The notes below the pieces were generated by a model. It had not been told where the DNA came from. It saw only the letters and a list, made by a program, of their open reading frames with translations, and ran no database searches. Made by a program: the position numbers and the translations under genes. Positions 24,236 through 37,265 of a DNA stretch of 64,000 bases are shown here, in pieces. Numbering within the stretch: position 1 is the stretch's first letter; each line of letters opens with the position of its first letter. The stretch is from Okamejei kenojei (taxonomy: Eukaryota): positions 37,634,001-37,698,000 of the forward strand of contig CM069135.1 of the NCBI GenBank assembly GCA_035221665.1, read 5' to 3'.

Positions 24236-25367
24236 TCCAGCTTCTCACTTCTTAACACCTTGGACAAACTTGGTTATTTATTTCTCAAGTGCAATCAATG
24301 TTTTTTTAGTGATTGCAAGCATAAGTGATTACAATACTGGGAGGCATCCCAGTATTTCCCCGTAGGTTTACCCATTCATCATTCAGTCCACTTATCTCTT
24401 TCAATTTAAAAACAAATTTAGATCCTTGTTTTACGATTCTTCCTCTTGAAGTCAATCAGGCTGTGATCTTTATAAAATATTCCATTACCACCAGGCCATT
24501 AGCTAATTCTGGCCTGGTTTTCAAAAGCAAATCCATTATGGCCACTTTTCACAAAGGGAATATTTTAAATATTATTCTGTGAAACTATCCCAAATTCAGT
24601 TTCAAAACGGTTGCTATTATTATTCTTAGGGTTTTTCTGCTTTTCTCTTTTAGTGCTAAAATAAATATTTTCTACCATGCACCCATGATTTGTTGATGCA
24701 TTTCCATATTGAAATGTCCTCCCATGTATTACTATTTTCAGCTAGCAGGGTCTTACATCATTTGCATCTTCTTAATTCCACCCATGCTCTATGAGCAGCC
24801 AATCAAATTTTCTGAAGTATCTGTCTCCTTTGGGCCAATATAAATATCATCACTTTTCTTTATAAAGAACCAAAATGTTAGCAAACGTCAACCCACCTGA
24901 AACATGGAACACAAGAAACTGCAGATGCTGGAATCTTGAGCAAAACACAACCTGCTGGAAGAGCTCAGTGGGTCAGGCAGCACCTGGGAGGGATTTGGAC
25001 ATCAAGCTTAAAGGGGCTGTCCCACTTGGGCGACCTAAACTGCGAGTTTAGAAGAGTTTGCCCTGGACTCAAACTCGCAGCATGGTCGACACGAGGTCCT
25101 ATGAGGTCGTATGAGGTGGCTGGAACTCTCCTTCATGCTCGAGGGAGGTTCCCGCCTACTCATGGCCTCAGCTAGGTCGCAGAAAAATGTTCAGCATATT
25201 GAAAAAATTTCGGCATGGGTCATTTTCACTTGTAGTACAGTGGAGTGGGGTCGCTATTTACTTACAGGCAGTCGAGGGCAACCGTAGGCCATCTCCTTCG
25301 CTGACCGGCCATTTTGATTGGCTCATTGGAGTTTCACGACCTAGGAAGACCTGCCAGTAGGTAAAAT

Positions 25368-25403
25368 CAAAGATCCTATAGCGGATCCGCTATAGGATCT
25401 TTG
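25368..25403. mobile_element. 36-bp perfect palindrome (TIR-only DNA transposon derivative, P- or hAT-type)
   Basis: CAAAGATCCTATAGCGGA-TCCGCTATAGGATCTTTG flanked by the 8-bp direct repeat GGTAAAAT. Confidence 0.88.
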
Positions 25404-25584
25404 GGTAAAATGCCCGCTAAACTTTATTAAACTTCTTTAAAGTGTTTCACTCCTTCTCCCCCCCCTTTTCTCCCCTTCTCCTCCCCTTCTCTCCCCTTCT
25501 GTCTCCCTTCTGTCTTCATTCTTTCTCCTTCTCTCTCCTTCTCTCCCTTTCTCTCCCCCCAACCCGAGCTCTCTAAAGGACTTA

Positions 25585-25893
25585 TGGGGCTGTCCCACTG
25601 TACGAGCTAATTCTCCCGAGTTTCCCCTAATTCGAACTCGGAGAATTACGGTAATAGCCTCTCGCAGGTACTCGGGGCTCTCGTGGACATTTTTCATCAT
25701 GTTGAAAAATCTTCATGAGTCTTCACGAGCTTACCGCGTTTCCCGAGTACCTGCCGTTAGTGTTACGATCCGCTAAGAGATGTCCCGAGCTCTGACGTAC
25801 CCGCTACGTACATTCTACGTGCTTACCACGAGTTTGATTTTTTTTTAAACTCGGGAGAGCTCTTGAATTAACTTGTTCAGTGGGACAGCCCCT
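25585..25893. mobile_element. Second Harbinger-type MITE nested in the first
   Basis: TIRs GGGGCTGTCCCACTG / CAGTGGGACAGCCCC; TSD TTA (25582-25584 and 25894-25896). Confidence 0.88.
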
Positions 25894-27528
25894 TTACAGT
25901 ACTCTGTGGCAGCCGTGTACCTTCCTCTTCATCGCGCAGACAGCGGTCCTCCGCTGTCCCTGGCCCCCACCTTCGCGATGTGTTTATGTGTGTGTGTGTG
26001 TGTGTGTGCGTGTGTGTGTGTGCGGTCGGTAGATGCAGCTCGCGGTTCGGTCAATCCAGCTCGCGGTTTCAGATCGAGGCTTTCCAGGCGAGTGCCCTCG
26101 AGCTTGAAGGTCGAAGGCACTCTTCTGTACTCGTGGATTAGGTCGCCCAAGTGGGACAGGCCCTTAACAATGTCAGATAATGAGCTTTTCCATCATTTTC
26201 ATTTTAGATTCCTTCAGAATTTGCTGTTAATATTCCTGTATTTACATCTCCAAATGTGTGATACCTTGCACTCTCAGCCCTTTCTTCACACCTGCCATCC
26301 AACCAATCAGATTTTCTCTTTGGTGTCACCCACCCATTCCAGTTCACCAGTTCTTATAACCTGTTTATGTCCAACCATTTCCAGTTATGATGAAGAATGA
26401 ATAACTGAAACCTGAATCTTCTTTTTCTACAGAAGCCGTCTGACCTGTTGCACATTTCCAGCATTTCTGCATTTTTTCAACTCCCTTTGTTTACCATGAG
26501 CTGTTTTCTCTAGTTCCTGCTCTGATGAGAGGAACGTTAGGAGAATAATTACTTTTTACTGTCTTGTGGTGCCCTCCTTAATGTCATTTTTTTCATTCTC
26601 ACCCCTGACACATACCGTTTGGACAAAGAGAAATATTTGCCATTTTTGTTGAAATTATGTCTATTTGCTCATTGAATATTTTTTTACTTAAAAATACTGT
26701 AAGTCTCTTCTTTTCTTTGCATTCTTACCAAGTAAGAACTACAAATGTGTGGTAGACAAAAGTGCTGGAGAAACTCAGCGGGTGCAGCAGCATCAATGGA
26801 GCGAAGGAAATAGGCAACGTTTCAGGCTGAAACCCTTCTTGTAAATGTGTGTTCAGATTAGAGGGCCTGACTCAACTGCTAGCATTTATAATCCTGACGA
26901 CACCATGCAGTGATACCCAGCCTGTGATCTCACTGAATCTAATAGACAAATTTGAGCTTAGGCAAGATATCCTTGCAAACATCTATCCTGAATTGCTTTT
27001 AAAAAGGCGACTCGCTGCAAATAAACCCAAATGGTGTTTTCAAATATCTGCCTTACCATTTGCTGAAATTTAAGAAGAGTGGTTGGTTGTGACTTACTTG
27101 GCAGTGCCCTTGTCTTCCTGAGTCAAAATATTCAAATCTCTCTCTCAGTTCAGCACAAAAGTCCAGACTGACCCTTGTGTTCAGTTTGGTGAATGTACTG
27201 CATTATGGGAGGTGACATCCTTTAAATGAGCTAATAAGCATCGGATTAATCTGCCTCATCACATTCATGTAAAAGATCCCTTCCTTTAAAGGTCAAGAGT
27301 TATCCCTGCTATACTGTCCAATATCCATCCCTCAATCAACCCCTCTGGAACACGCTATCTGGCTATTTCACTTTTGTTGTCGGTGGGAGCTTGCTTAGCA
27401 CTGTACACCTCAAACATATTCCATGGATGTAAGGTAATTTGGTATATTTTGAAAAGAGAGTAAAAGGCATAATATAATTGCAAGTCTTCCTTTCATTCTC
27501 TACCCAAATAAGCAATTATTATCTTTTG

Positions 27529-27740
27529 TGTAAGAAGGAACTGCAGATGCTGGTTTAAACCGAAGATAGACACAAAAAGCTGGAGTAACTCAGGCAGCAT
27601 CTCTGGAGAGTAAAAATGGATGACGTTTTGAGTTGAGACCCTTCGGGTCTGAAGAAGGGTCTCGACCTGAACCGTCACCCATTCCTTCTCTCCAGAGATG
27701 CTGCCTGTCCCGCTGAGTGACTCCAGCTTTTTGTGTCTAT
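27529..27740. mobile_element. Palindromic Penelope-derived short element
   Basis: Long inverted repeat centred near 27645 with an unpaired left extension; direct repeat TATTATCTTTTG at 27517-27528 and 27738-27749; CTGAAGA-GGGTC..GACC motif. Confidence 0.7.
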
Positions 27741-28419
27741 TATCTTTTGCACTTGGTGATTCTACCCTGCCATAAGACCATTGATTCCAGTACTTATTAT
27801 TTTAAAACAGCTGCACTCCCTCAATCTCAATCAGTCTGACAAAGGTGTAGTCACCCTTCATTCTTCTGGCTCTAATGTTGCCCTCCATCCGTTTCAACAA
27901 TGTGCTAGTTGTCAGAGAATATGTTCCTTATCTTGGGATATTTCCTCCTAATCTAGTTAACTGGATATAATTATTTTGCTGAATTTCTGACACATTTATT
28001 ACTTTAACAATATTTTGGCTATCTTCACAAATGTTGCAGATTGTATACTTTCCCAGCTTCTTCCATTGTGAAGAACATCAGGTCATTGCCTGCTGTTGGA
28101 TGCAATGCGTAAGTGCTAATTGAGGTTGTCATTTGATTCCAGGTTGCAACGTCTTGGTTTTTCAATTTGCTGTAAAATCATACTATGCTTTAGTTAAGCT
28201 GCTTTGAGTTCCATGTTAGAAATGGTTAGCAGTTTTTTTCTTCTGTTCTTCAACTACCATTAATTAGTTCCTAGAAAATAATTTTGATAGCAAACTTCAA
28301 TTAATAAATTATTTGTGAAAGACAGAATCTTATTACATTCACCATAATATAATTCATAAATTATTATAATAAATATTTTCATTTCAGGCTGTGAAATGCA
28401 GGTTTGCACTACACACCTG

Positions 28420-29811
28420 GAACACCTAGCAGTGAAGTGCCGTCCCATCCACCTACCGAGGGAATTCACCTCCATCATCTTGACCGCGGTTTACTTCCCT
28501 CCCCAGACAGATGTCCATCTGGCACTGGGGGAGCTGCACGCCGTGGTCAACAAGCACCAGACGGCTTATCCCGAGGCACTTACCACCATAGCCGGGGATT
28601 TCAACAAAGCCAACCTGAAGAAATCACTCCCTAACTTCCACCAACATGTTTCCTGCAGCACCAGAGGACCAAACACCTTTGACCACTGCTACACCACCAT
28701 CAAGGATGCCTATCACTCTATTCCTCAACCTCACTTCGGGCAGCAATTGAAGAGCGCACCACCAGAGGAGAGGACTGTACAGAGCTGGTCGCGGGGTGGG
28801 GGGGGGGGGGGGGGGGGTGGGGGGGGGGGGGGGGGGGGGGGGGGGGAGCAGAGGAACAACTCCAGGACTGTTTGGAGTCTGTAGACTGGGCAATGTTCAC
28901 GAACTCGGCAACGGACCTGAATGAATACGCCACAGTCACTACAGACTTTATAAAGAAATGTGTGGAGAACTGCATCCCAATAAAAACCTTCCGAGTGTTT
29001 CCTAACCAGAAGCCTTGGATGAACCATGAAATCTGCATTCTTCTGAAGACCAGATCCCGGGCATTCAGGTCTGGAGATACAGAGGTCTTCAAGAAGTCCA
29101 GATACGACCTTGGTAAGGCCATCAAAAAGGCCAAAAGGGACTTCTGCTCCAAGCTGGAGGATGAGACGGATGTTCGGCAATGTGGTGGGGCTTCAATGCA
29201 ATCACCTCCTACAAGGCGAAATCAGGAGGCAGTTCAAATGTCAGAGAAGCATCACTCCCTGATGAGCTCAATGTGTTGTACGCACGCTTTGATAGGGACA
29301 CAAACAATCTTCCTGATATAGTAATGGCCAGAGGATCTGGGGTGACGGAGGAACTGAAGGAAATCCAAATTAGGCAGGAAATGGTGTTGGATAGGCTGAT
29401 GGGCTGGTGTTGGATAGACTGATGAATCTACCGCAGTCGCTGCCTCAAAAAGGCTGCCAACATCATCAAAGACCCATACCATCCTGGCCACACACTCAAA
29501 TCTCCACTGCCATCAGGTAGAAGGTACAGGAGCCTGAAATCTGCAACATCCAGGTTCAGGAACAGCTTCTTCCCCACAGCCATCAGGCTATTAAGCACAA
29601 CTTCAAACAAACTCTGAACTATAACAGCCTATTGCACTTTATCTGTTTATTTATGTGTGTGTTTTTATATATATATATATACTATGGTATATGGTCACAC
29701 TGATCTTATCTGTATTTATGCCAACAATATTCTGTTGTGCTGCAGCAAGCAAGAATTTCATTGTCCTATCTGGGACACATGACAATGAACTCTCTTGACT
29801 TTACTTGACTT
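28420..29811 (+). mobile_element. Rex1 LINE with endonuclease region and 3' end, RT replaced by a ~130-bp CR1 fragment (29296-29424)
   Basis: LPREFTSIILTAVY..AGDFNKANL..TRGPNTFDHCY; PNQKPWMN; then CR1 DTNNLPD..VTEELKEI; then CLKKAANIIKDP..AIRLL and CTTGA tail. Confidence 0.85.
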
Positions 29812-30177
29812 CAATAACAATACAATGCCCTGCTTATTTTTCTCAAAGTTATTTTGAATGTAAGATTCTTTAGCTGTCTAATGACATCAATTTTACTGCA
29901 CCTACCCAGAGCTACGTTTAGAATTTACAAATCACTAAATAAAGAGAAAAGTAGCTTTAAAAAGAAATGCAATAAACAATGTAATCCTTGTTAGAAAAAT
30001 CCTGTTCTCCTCCTGCTGTAATTTTTTTCTACTTCATATAACAGAGCTCAGCCAATCGTTTTTTTGAAGAATTAAGAGCAACAACATTACACAATGAGCC
30101 GATGTATTGATTTGTCGCTGCACGTCCCTGCCGAACCTTTCAGTGTCTGACATTATCATTCTTTGGCTGATGACTTA

Positions 30178-30515
30178 GAAACATAGAAACATAGAAATTA
30201 GGTGCAGGAGTAGGCCATTCAGCCCTTCGAGCCTGCACCGCCATTCAATATGATCATGGCTGATCATCCAACTCAGTATCCCGTACCTGCCTTCTCTCCA
30301 TACCCTCTGATCCCCTTAGCCACAAGGGCCACATCCAACTCACTCTTAAATATAGCCAATGAACTGGCCTCAACTACCCTCTGTGGCAGAGAGTTCCAGA
30401 GACTCACCACTCTCTGTGTGAAAAAAGTCTTTCTCATCTCGGTCTTAAAGGATTTCCCCCTTATCCTTAAGCTGTGACCCCTTGTCCTGGACTTCCCCAA
30501 CATCGGGAACATCGG
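30178..30515 (-). mobile_element. Young CR1 3' end
   Basis: Near-identical to 42336-42670; (CATAGAAA)n tail; TSD GACTTA. Confidence 0.92.
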
Positions 30516-33144
30516 GACTTATGCTGCCAGTAGCGATGTTATTACTTACAACTCTGAATTTTTATAAATTACGTTATTGGAAAAAGTGCACTTACAATGA
30601 TGCCATTCATTAAAGAAATAAAAGAACTCCAAAGTTCAGGCTTTATCGGTTACGGTGATCGCATTGTAGAGGATAGAGATTCTCTCCACAAAGTATTTTG
30701 TAAAAATGTGTGGCGTGTTGCACAATACTTATAAATGAAGAATATCCCTTCAAAGGGATGTGGAGAAATAATTGAGACTTTAATTAATTATTCTTCAGAA
30801 TCCTATATTATGTTATGTCTGAATAATGTAGTTTAGAGAACCAGCTAACAATTTTCAAAGGGGATGTGATGGATGAATCAAGACGGAACTCTGTTAGCCA
30901 CTTAAAAACCAAAATATCTTATTTCATTTTAAGTAGATGACTGTTTTCGGATTGGAAAACTTCAATTCAGAAATTACCTGTCAAACCTTTGGAGCTATTG
31001 AGAGGTTTTATTTGAAGTTTTAAAAGCCAATTGATCAAGATCTACATATGTGGCTTTTACAATAATGAAGGCCATTATATTAATGATAAATTATCTTACA
31101 GGGTTAGGGACTGGTTGATAATCTAACGTATAAATAAATAATGAATGGAAATACTTGTCTTTGCAAAAGAATGAATTCTGGAGTTTGTTTGGAATTATCT
31201 TATTTGTCAACATTGGTGGGTGTAATCTAAATAGCAGTGGGAGGGGTCGACAAATTGGAAGTATAAGGATGAAGTTAAAGGGAAAGAGAGTATAGGAAAA
31301 GTTACGAAAGACACCCAAATTAATGGGACGGATAGTTCAAGAAGGGATAAGAGAGTAAGGTGAGGTGAAATAGGAACTGGTGTGAGACGGGAGATGAATA
31401 CCGAATTAAAAGTGTTATATATGAATGTGCGAAATATAAGAAATAAAATGGATGAGCTTGGGGCTCAGGTAGAGATTGGTAGATATGATGTTTTGGGAAT
31501 TACAGAGACATGGCTGCAAGAGGATCAGAGCTGGGAACTGAATATTCAGAGTTGTATGTCCTATTGAAAAGACAGAAGGGTGGGCAGAGGGGATGGGGTA
31601 GCTCTGTTGGTAAGGAATGAAATTCAATCCTTTGCGATGGGTGACATAGAATCAGAAGATGTAGAGTCATTGTGTATAGAACTGAGAAATTGTAAGGGCA
31701 AAAAAACTCTAATGGGAAGGCCCCCAAATAATAGCCTGGATATAGGGTGCAAGTTGCATCAGGAGTTAAAACTGGCATGTAACAAAGGTAATGCTGCGGT
31801 GGTTATGGGAGATTTCAATATGCAGGTAGACTGGGAAAATCAGGTTGGTACTGGACCCCAAGAAAGGGAGTTTGTGGAGTGTCTCCGAGATGGATTCTTA
31901 GAGCAGCTTATACTGGGGCCTACCAGGGAGAAGGTAATTCTGGATTTAGTGTTGTGCAATGAACCGGATTTGATAAGGGAACTCAAGGTAAAGGAACCAT
32001 TAGGAGGTAGTGACCATAATATGATATGTTTTAATCTGCAATTTGAGAGGGAGATGGTAAAATCAGAAGTGTCATTATTGCAGTTGAACAAAGGGGACTA
32101 TGGAGGCATGAGGAAGGAGCTGGCCAAAGTTGACGGAAAAGGGACCCTAGCAGGGATGACGGTGGAACAGCAATGGCAGGAATTTCTGGGAATAATCTAG
32201 AAGATGCAGGATCATTTCATTCCAAAGAGGAGGAAAGATTCTAAGGGGACTAAGAGGCAACCGTGGCTGACAAGGGAAGTCAAGGACAATATAAAATGAG
32301 AAGAGAAGATGTATAACATAGCAAAGATGAGTTGGAAGCCAGAGGATTGGGAAATGTTTAAAGAACAACAGAAGGTAACTAAAAAGGCAATTTGGGGAGA
32401 AAAGATGAAGTACGAAGGTAAGCTACCCAAGAATATAAAGGAGGATAGTAAAAGCTTCTTTAGGTATGTGAATAGGAACAGATTAGTTATGACAAATGTG
32501 GGTCCCTTGAAGACAGAAACTGGTGAATTTATTATGAGGAGCAAGGAAATGGCAGACGAGTTGAACAGGTACTTTGGATCCGTCTTCACTAAGGAAGACA
32601 CAAACAATCTCTCAGATGTACTAGGGCACAGAGGATCTAGGGTGACGGAGGAACTGAAGGAAATTCACATTAGTCTGGAAATGGTGTTGGGTAGACGGAT
32701 GAGACTGATAGCTGATAAATCTCTAGGGCCTGGTGGTCTGCAACCCAGGGTACTCAAAGAGGTGGCTCTAGAAATCATGGACGCATTGGTGATTATTTTC
32801 CAATGTTCTATAGATTCTGGATCAGTTCCTGTGGATTGGAGGGTAGCTAAGGTTTTCCCACTCTTTAAGAAAGGAGGGAGTGAGAAAGCAGGGAATTATA
32901 GACCAGTTAACCTGACATTGGTGGTGGGGAAGATGCTGGAGTCAATAACTAAAGATGTAATAGTGGCGCATTTGGATAGCAGTATCAGGATCGGTCCAAG
33001 TCAACATGGATTTACGAAGGGGAAATCTTACTTGACTAATCTTCTGGAATTTTTTGAGGATGTAACAAGTAAAATGGATAAGGGGGCGCCCATGGATGCA
33101 GTATATCTGGACTTTCAGAAAACCTTTGATAAGGTCCTACAGGA

Positions 33145-34588
33145 CATTATGTAAAACTAAAATAAACGGGGGTTTAGCTTTACCAAATTTTATGTTTTAT
33201 TATTGGGCAGTTAACATTAGAAATATGAATTTTTGGTTAGGAGAAATAGATAATAAACCAAATTGGTTAAAAATGGAAAGAGAAGACTGTTTTCCATTTG
33301 AAATTAGCTCTATAATATTTGCTAATACTAATGTACCTAAGAAAATTTATAGTGAAAATTTGATAATAGAAAGTGGAATACGTATTTGGAAAACAAATAA
33401 AGAAAACACTAAAACTAAAATTTATACCGCTAGGTCTTACAATTGCCAACAACTTTACGTTTTAAACCGTCAATGATGGATAAAGCTTTTATACAATGGA
33501 AAAAATAAAGGAATTTTTAAATATAGGGGATCTTTATAAGGATAATTCTTTTCTTTCATTTCAAGAATTACAACAAACCTACGGGCTTCATAATAATGAA
33601 TATTTCAGATATTTACAAATCAGAAAACTATATCTCTGCAAATACACAAGAACTTAGAAATAGAAAGAGTGAAATTTTAGATGAATGCTTGAATAAACAT
33701 CCAAATACAGAAAAAATGATATCATACATTTACAATATTTTGCTGGAAAGTGATATTCCATCATCGGAAATACATAGACAGCGCTGGGGAAAATGAATTA
33801 AGTCAAATAATGTCAGAAATATGGGAAGAAAGCCTACAACATATACATTACTGCTCTTTAAATGCTAAACATGCTCTTATACAGTTTAAAATTTTACATA
33901 GATTACATTATTCTAAATCTAAATTACATAATAATATTTCCAAAACTATCACCTATATGTGATAAATGTCAAATCTTAGAAGCAACTTTGTCACACTCAT
34001 TTACTAATTGTACGAAGATTTTAGAATATTGGAATGAAATATTTAAAATAATCTCGAAAGTTATTAATATTACTATGATTTATGACCCAAAGTTAATCAT
34101 ACTTGGAATACCGGAAACGGAACAAATAATTACAAGGAATCATAGAACTTTTATCGACTATTCTTTAATAATTGGGAAAAAATTAATATTAAAATTTTGG
34201 AAAGGCCCTGTATCCCCAACAATTAAAATGTGGACTACAGAAATGACGGAGACACTTCACTTGGAGAGATTGAGACTTGTCCTTATGGACAGGTTAGATC
34301 TCTTCAAGGAGATATGGTCTCCCTATATTAAATATCTACAGGGTCACAATGGTTCGGCGCAGGGACTTGACTGAGGCCTGAATATCTGAATGGATGAAGA
34401 AATACATATAACAAATCATGAATGTATCTCCAAGATTGGATTATTTAGTAATACTTCAATCTCCATCAAACTTTTCCACATTTTCTTTTCTATTTTCTAT
34501 TCTTTTTCTCTATCTTTCTATCTTTAATTAAAAAAAAAAAAATAATAAAATAAAATAAAAAAAAAAAAAAATTAAAAAAAAAAAAAAA
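33145..34588 (+). mobile_element. L1-clade LINE 3' fragment with poly(A) tail
   Basis: GGLALPNFMFYYWA, QFKILHRLHY, CDKC..HSFTNC; poly(A); 14-bp TSD AAGGTCCTACAGGA (33131-33144 and 34589-34602). Confidence 0.93.
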
Positions 34589-34725
34589 AAGGTCCTACAG
34601 GAGAATAATGGGCAAAATTAGTGCACATGGTATTGGGGTAGGGTATTGACATCGATAGAAAATTGATTGGCAGGCAGGAAACAAAGAGCAGGAATTAACG
34701 GTACCCTTTCAGAATGGCAGCTAGT

Positions 34726-34944
34726 CAGGGTCGTCTTAACACATGTGCACGCTGGCCAGTTGCCCGGGGCCCCACTAGCATAGGGGGCCCATGCTAATCT
34801 ATGTATTGTAGAATGTTATTGTAGAATATGAAAACGGAAAAGAACATCGCAAGTGCATTACGGCATATTTGATTCGGCATAAGGAAAGTGGGATTGTAGG
34901 GGCCCAAGTGCCCGGGGGTCTATAATGCTGTTAAGACGGCCCTG
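34726..34944. mobile_element. hAT-type MITE (219 bp)
   Basis: TIRs CAGGGTCGTCTTAAC / GTTAAGACGGCCCTG; 8-bp TSD CAGCTAGT / CAGGTAGT. Confidence 0.85.
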
Positions 34945-36109
34945 CAGGTAGTGACTAGTGGGGTGCTGCAAGGCTCAGTGCTGGAACCGCAGCTATGCAC
35001 AATATATATATTAATGATTTAGATGAAGGAATTAAAAGTAACATTAACAAACTTGCTGCAAAGCTGGGTGGCAGTGTGAATTATGAAAAGGATGCTATGA
35101 GGATGCAGGGTGACTTAGATAAGTTGGGTGAGTGGGCACGTGCAGTATAATGTGGACAAAAGGCACGTGCGGTATAATGTGGATAAATGTGAAGTTATCC
35201 ACTTTGGTGGCAAGAACAAGAAGGCAGATTATTATCTGAATGGTGTCATATTAGGAAAAGGGGACCCGGGTGCCCTTGTACATTAGTCACAGAAAGTAAG
35301 CATGCAGGTACAGCAGGCAGTAAAGAAAGCTAATGACATGTTGGCCTTCATAATGAGAGGATTTGAGTAGGAGCAAAGAGGTCCTTCTGCAGTTGTGCAG
35401 GGCCCTGGTGAGACCACACCTGGATAATTGTGTTTCCATTTTGGTCTCCTTATTTGAGGAAGGACATTCTTGCTATTGAGGGAGTGCAGCTTAGGTTCAC
35501 GAGGTTAATTCCCAGGATGGCGGGACTGTCATATGATGAAAGAATGGAACGACTGGACTTGTATGCACTGGAATTTAGAAGGATGAGAGGATATCTTATA
35601 GAAACATATAAAATTATTAAGGGATTGGACACGCTAGATGCAGGAAACATGTTCCCAATGTTGGGGGAGTCCAGAACCAGGGGCCACAGTATAAGAATAA
35701 GGGGTAGGCCATTTAGAACTGAAATGAGGAAAAGCTTTTTCACCCAGAGAGTTGCGAATTTGTGGAATTCTCTGCCTCAGAAGGCAGTGGGGGCCGACTC
35801 ACTGGATGCATTCAAAAGAGGGTTAGATCGAGCTCTTTGGGCTAGTGGAATCGAGGGATATGGGGAGAAGGCAGGAACAGGGTACTGATTGTGGATGATC
35901 AGCAATGATCACATTGGCGGTGCTGGCAAGAAGGGCTGAATGGCCTACTCCTGCACCTATTTTCTATGTATCTACGTACTTCTGCTATTAAATACCTTGT
36001 TAACGTCATCAAACAATGTGGTAGGGAAATTGATGATAGTCAAAGAAACTTAAATACATTTCTAAACTTACCTCATTTAGAGGTACATTAAAAATAAATC
36101 TATCTTATT

Positions 36110-36635
36110 GGTGACCTTTGGACTAACTTTGATCGCACTTTACTGGCTTTACCTTGCACTAAACGTCATTCCCTTGTCATGTATCTTAACACTGCAAATT
36201 GAGTGATAGAGCGATACAGTGTGGAAACAGGCTCTTCGGCCCAACTTGACAAACCGGTCAACAGCTACACTAGTCCCACCTGCCCGCGTTTGGTCCATAT
36301 TCCTCCAAACCTGTCCTATCCATGTAACTGTCTGTTTCTTAAATGTTGGGATAGTCCTTGTTTCAACTACCTCGTCAGGCAGCTTGTTCCATACACCCAC
36401 CACCCTTTGTGTGGAAAAAGTTAGGCCTCAGACTCCTATTAAATCTTATCCCCTTCACCTTAAACCTATGTCCTCTGGTCTGTTCACCTACTCTGGGCAA
36501 GAGACTCGACTCGAAATGGCTTGCTTGTAATCATGTATTGTCTTTCCACTGACTGGATGGCACGCAACAAACACTTTTCACTGTACCTCGGCACACATGG
36601 CAATACACAAAACCGATACTGAACTGAACTAAATA
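36110..36635 (+). mobile_element. Rex1-family 3' UTR with an antisense CR1 3' fragment (~36200-36510) inside
   Basis: Flanks resemble 320-533; the insert resembles 23700-24020. Confidence 0.75.
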
Positions 36636-36979
36636 AGAGTAAATGGATTTTTAAGTAGATGTAAATTCATGCAAAAATGATAACAGAAATATAAAACATG
36701 CATATAAAATGCATAAATATTTAACTTCATCCATAAGTCTTGGAAAGTTCAACCTTACAAGAACTCATGATCAGATAATTCCTTTTATTGAAGACCAATA
36801 CAAATATTTTTCCAATGTGACCACTGAATTTGAGGAGACAATACAAAACTAATCTCTAACTTTCCTGACATTAAAAAAAAATATTTATTTAGTATATAAT
36901 AGAAAAGTAGAATAAAATATGCACAATTCAATTAACAGTACTTTGATTAATCTTGGTTCATGTTCATAACTTTAGGTTA

Positions 36980-37265
36980 TAAGCTACCCAAGTGGAATAC
37001 CCAAGTGGTGCTGTTTCCTCTGGTTTTTATGTGGCCTCAATCTGGAAATGGAGGAGGCCCAGGACTGAAAGGTCAGAAAGGGAAAGGGAAAAGCAGTTGT
37101 AATTGGAAGCAATTGGAAGATTCAACAGGCCTTGACGAACCGAGCACAAATGTTCAGCGAAATAGTCACCTAGTCAATGCTTAGTCTCGCCATTGTAAAG
37201 GAGGCGATAACAGGAGCATGAAATGTAGTCTCATGAGGTTAGAAGAGGTGCCTGTGAACTCTTTC
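36980..37265 (-). mobile_element. Decayed Penelope-like GIY-YIG endonuclease remnant
   Basis: Minus strand reads FTGTSSNL..LLYNGETKH*LGDYFAEHLCS, like the PLE motif YIGETKRRLGDRFAEHL. Confidence 0.65.

Larger units (their letters stand above)
25012..26164. mobile_element. PIF/Harbinger-type MITE hosting two nested insertions
   Basis: TIRs AGGGGCTGTCCCACTTGGGCGACCTAA / TTAGGTCGCCCAAGTGGGACAGGCCCT; TSD TAA on both sides. Confidence 0.88.
31270..35975 (+). mobile_element. Long CR1 LINE (ORF2 endonuclease + RT), interrupted by L1 and a hAT MITE
   Basis: GITETWL, MGDFN, GSDHN, NYRPV, QHGF.KGKS, YLDFQKTFDKV, 3' LWNSLP and tail. 5' boundary approximate. Confidence 0.92.
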
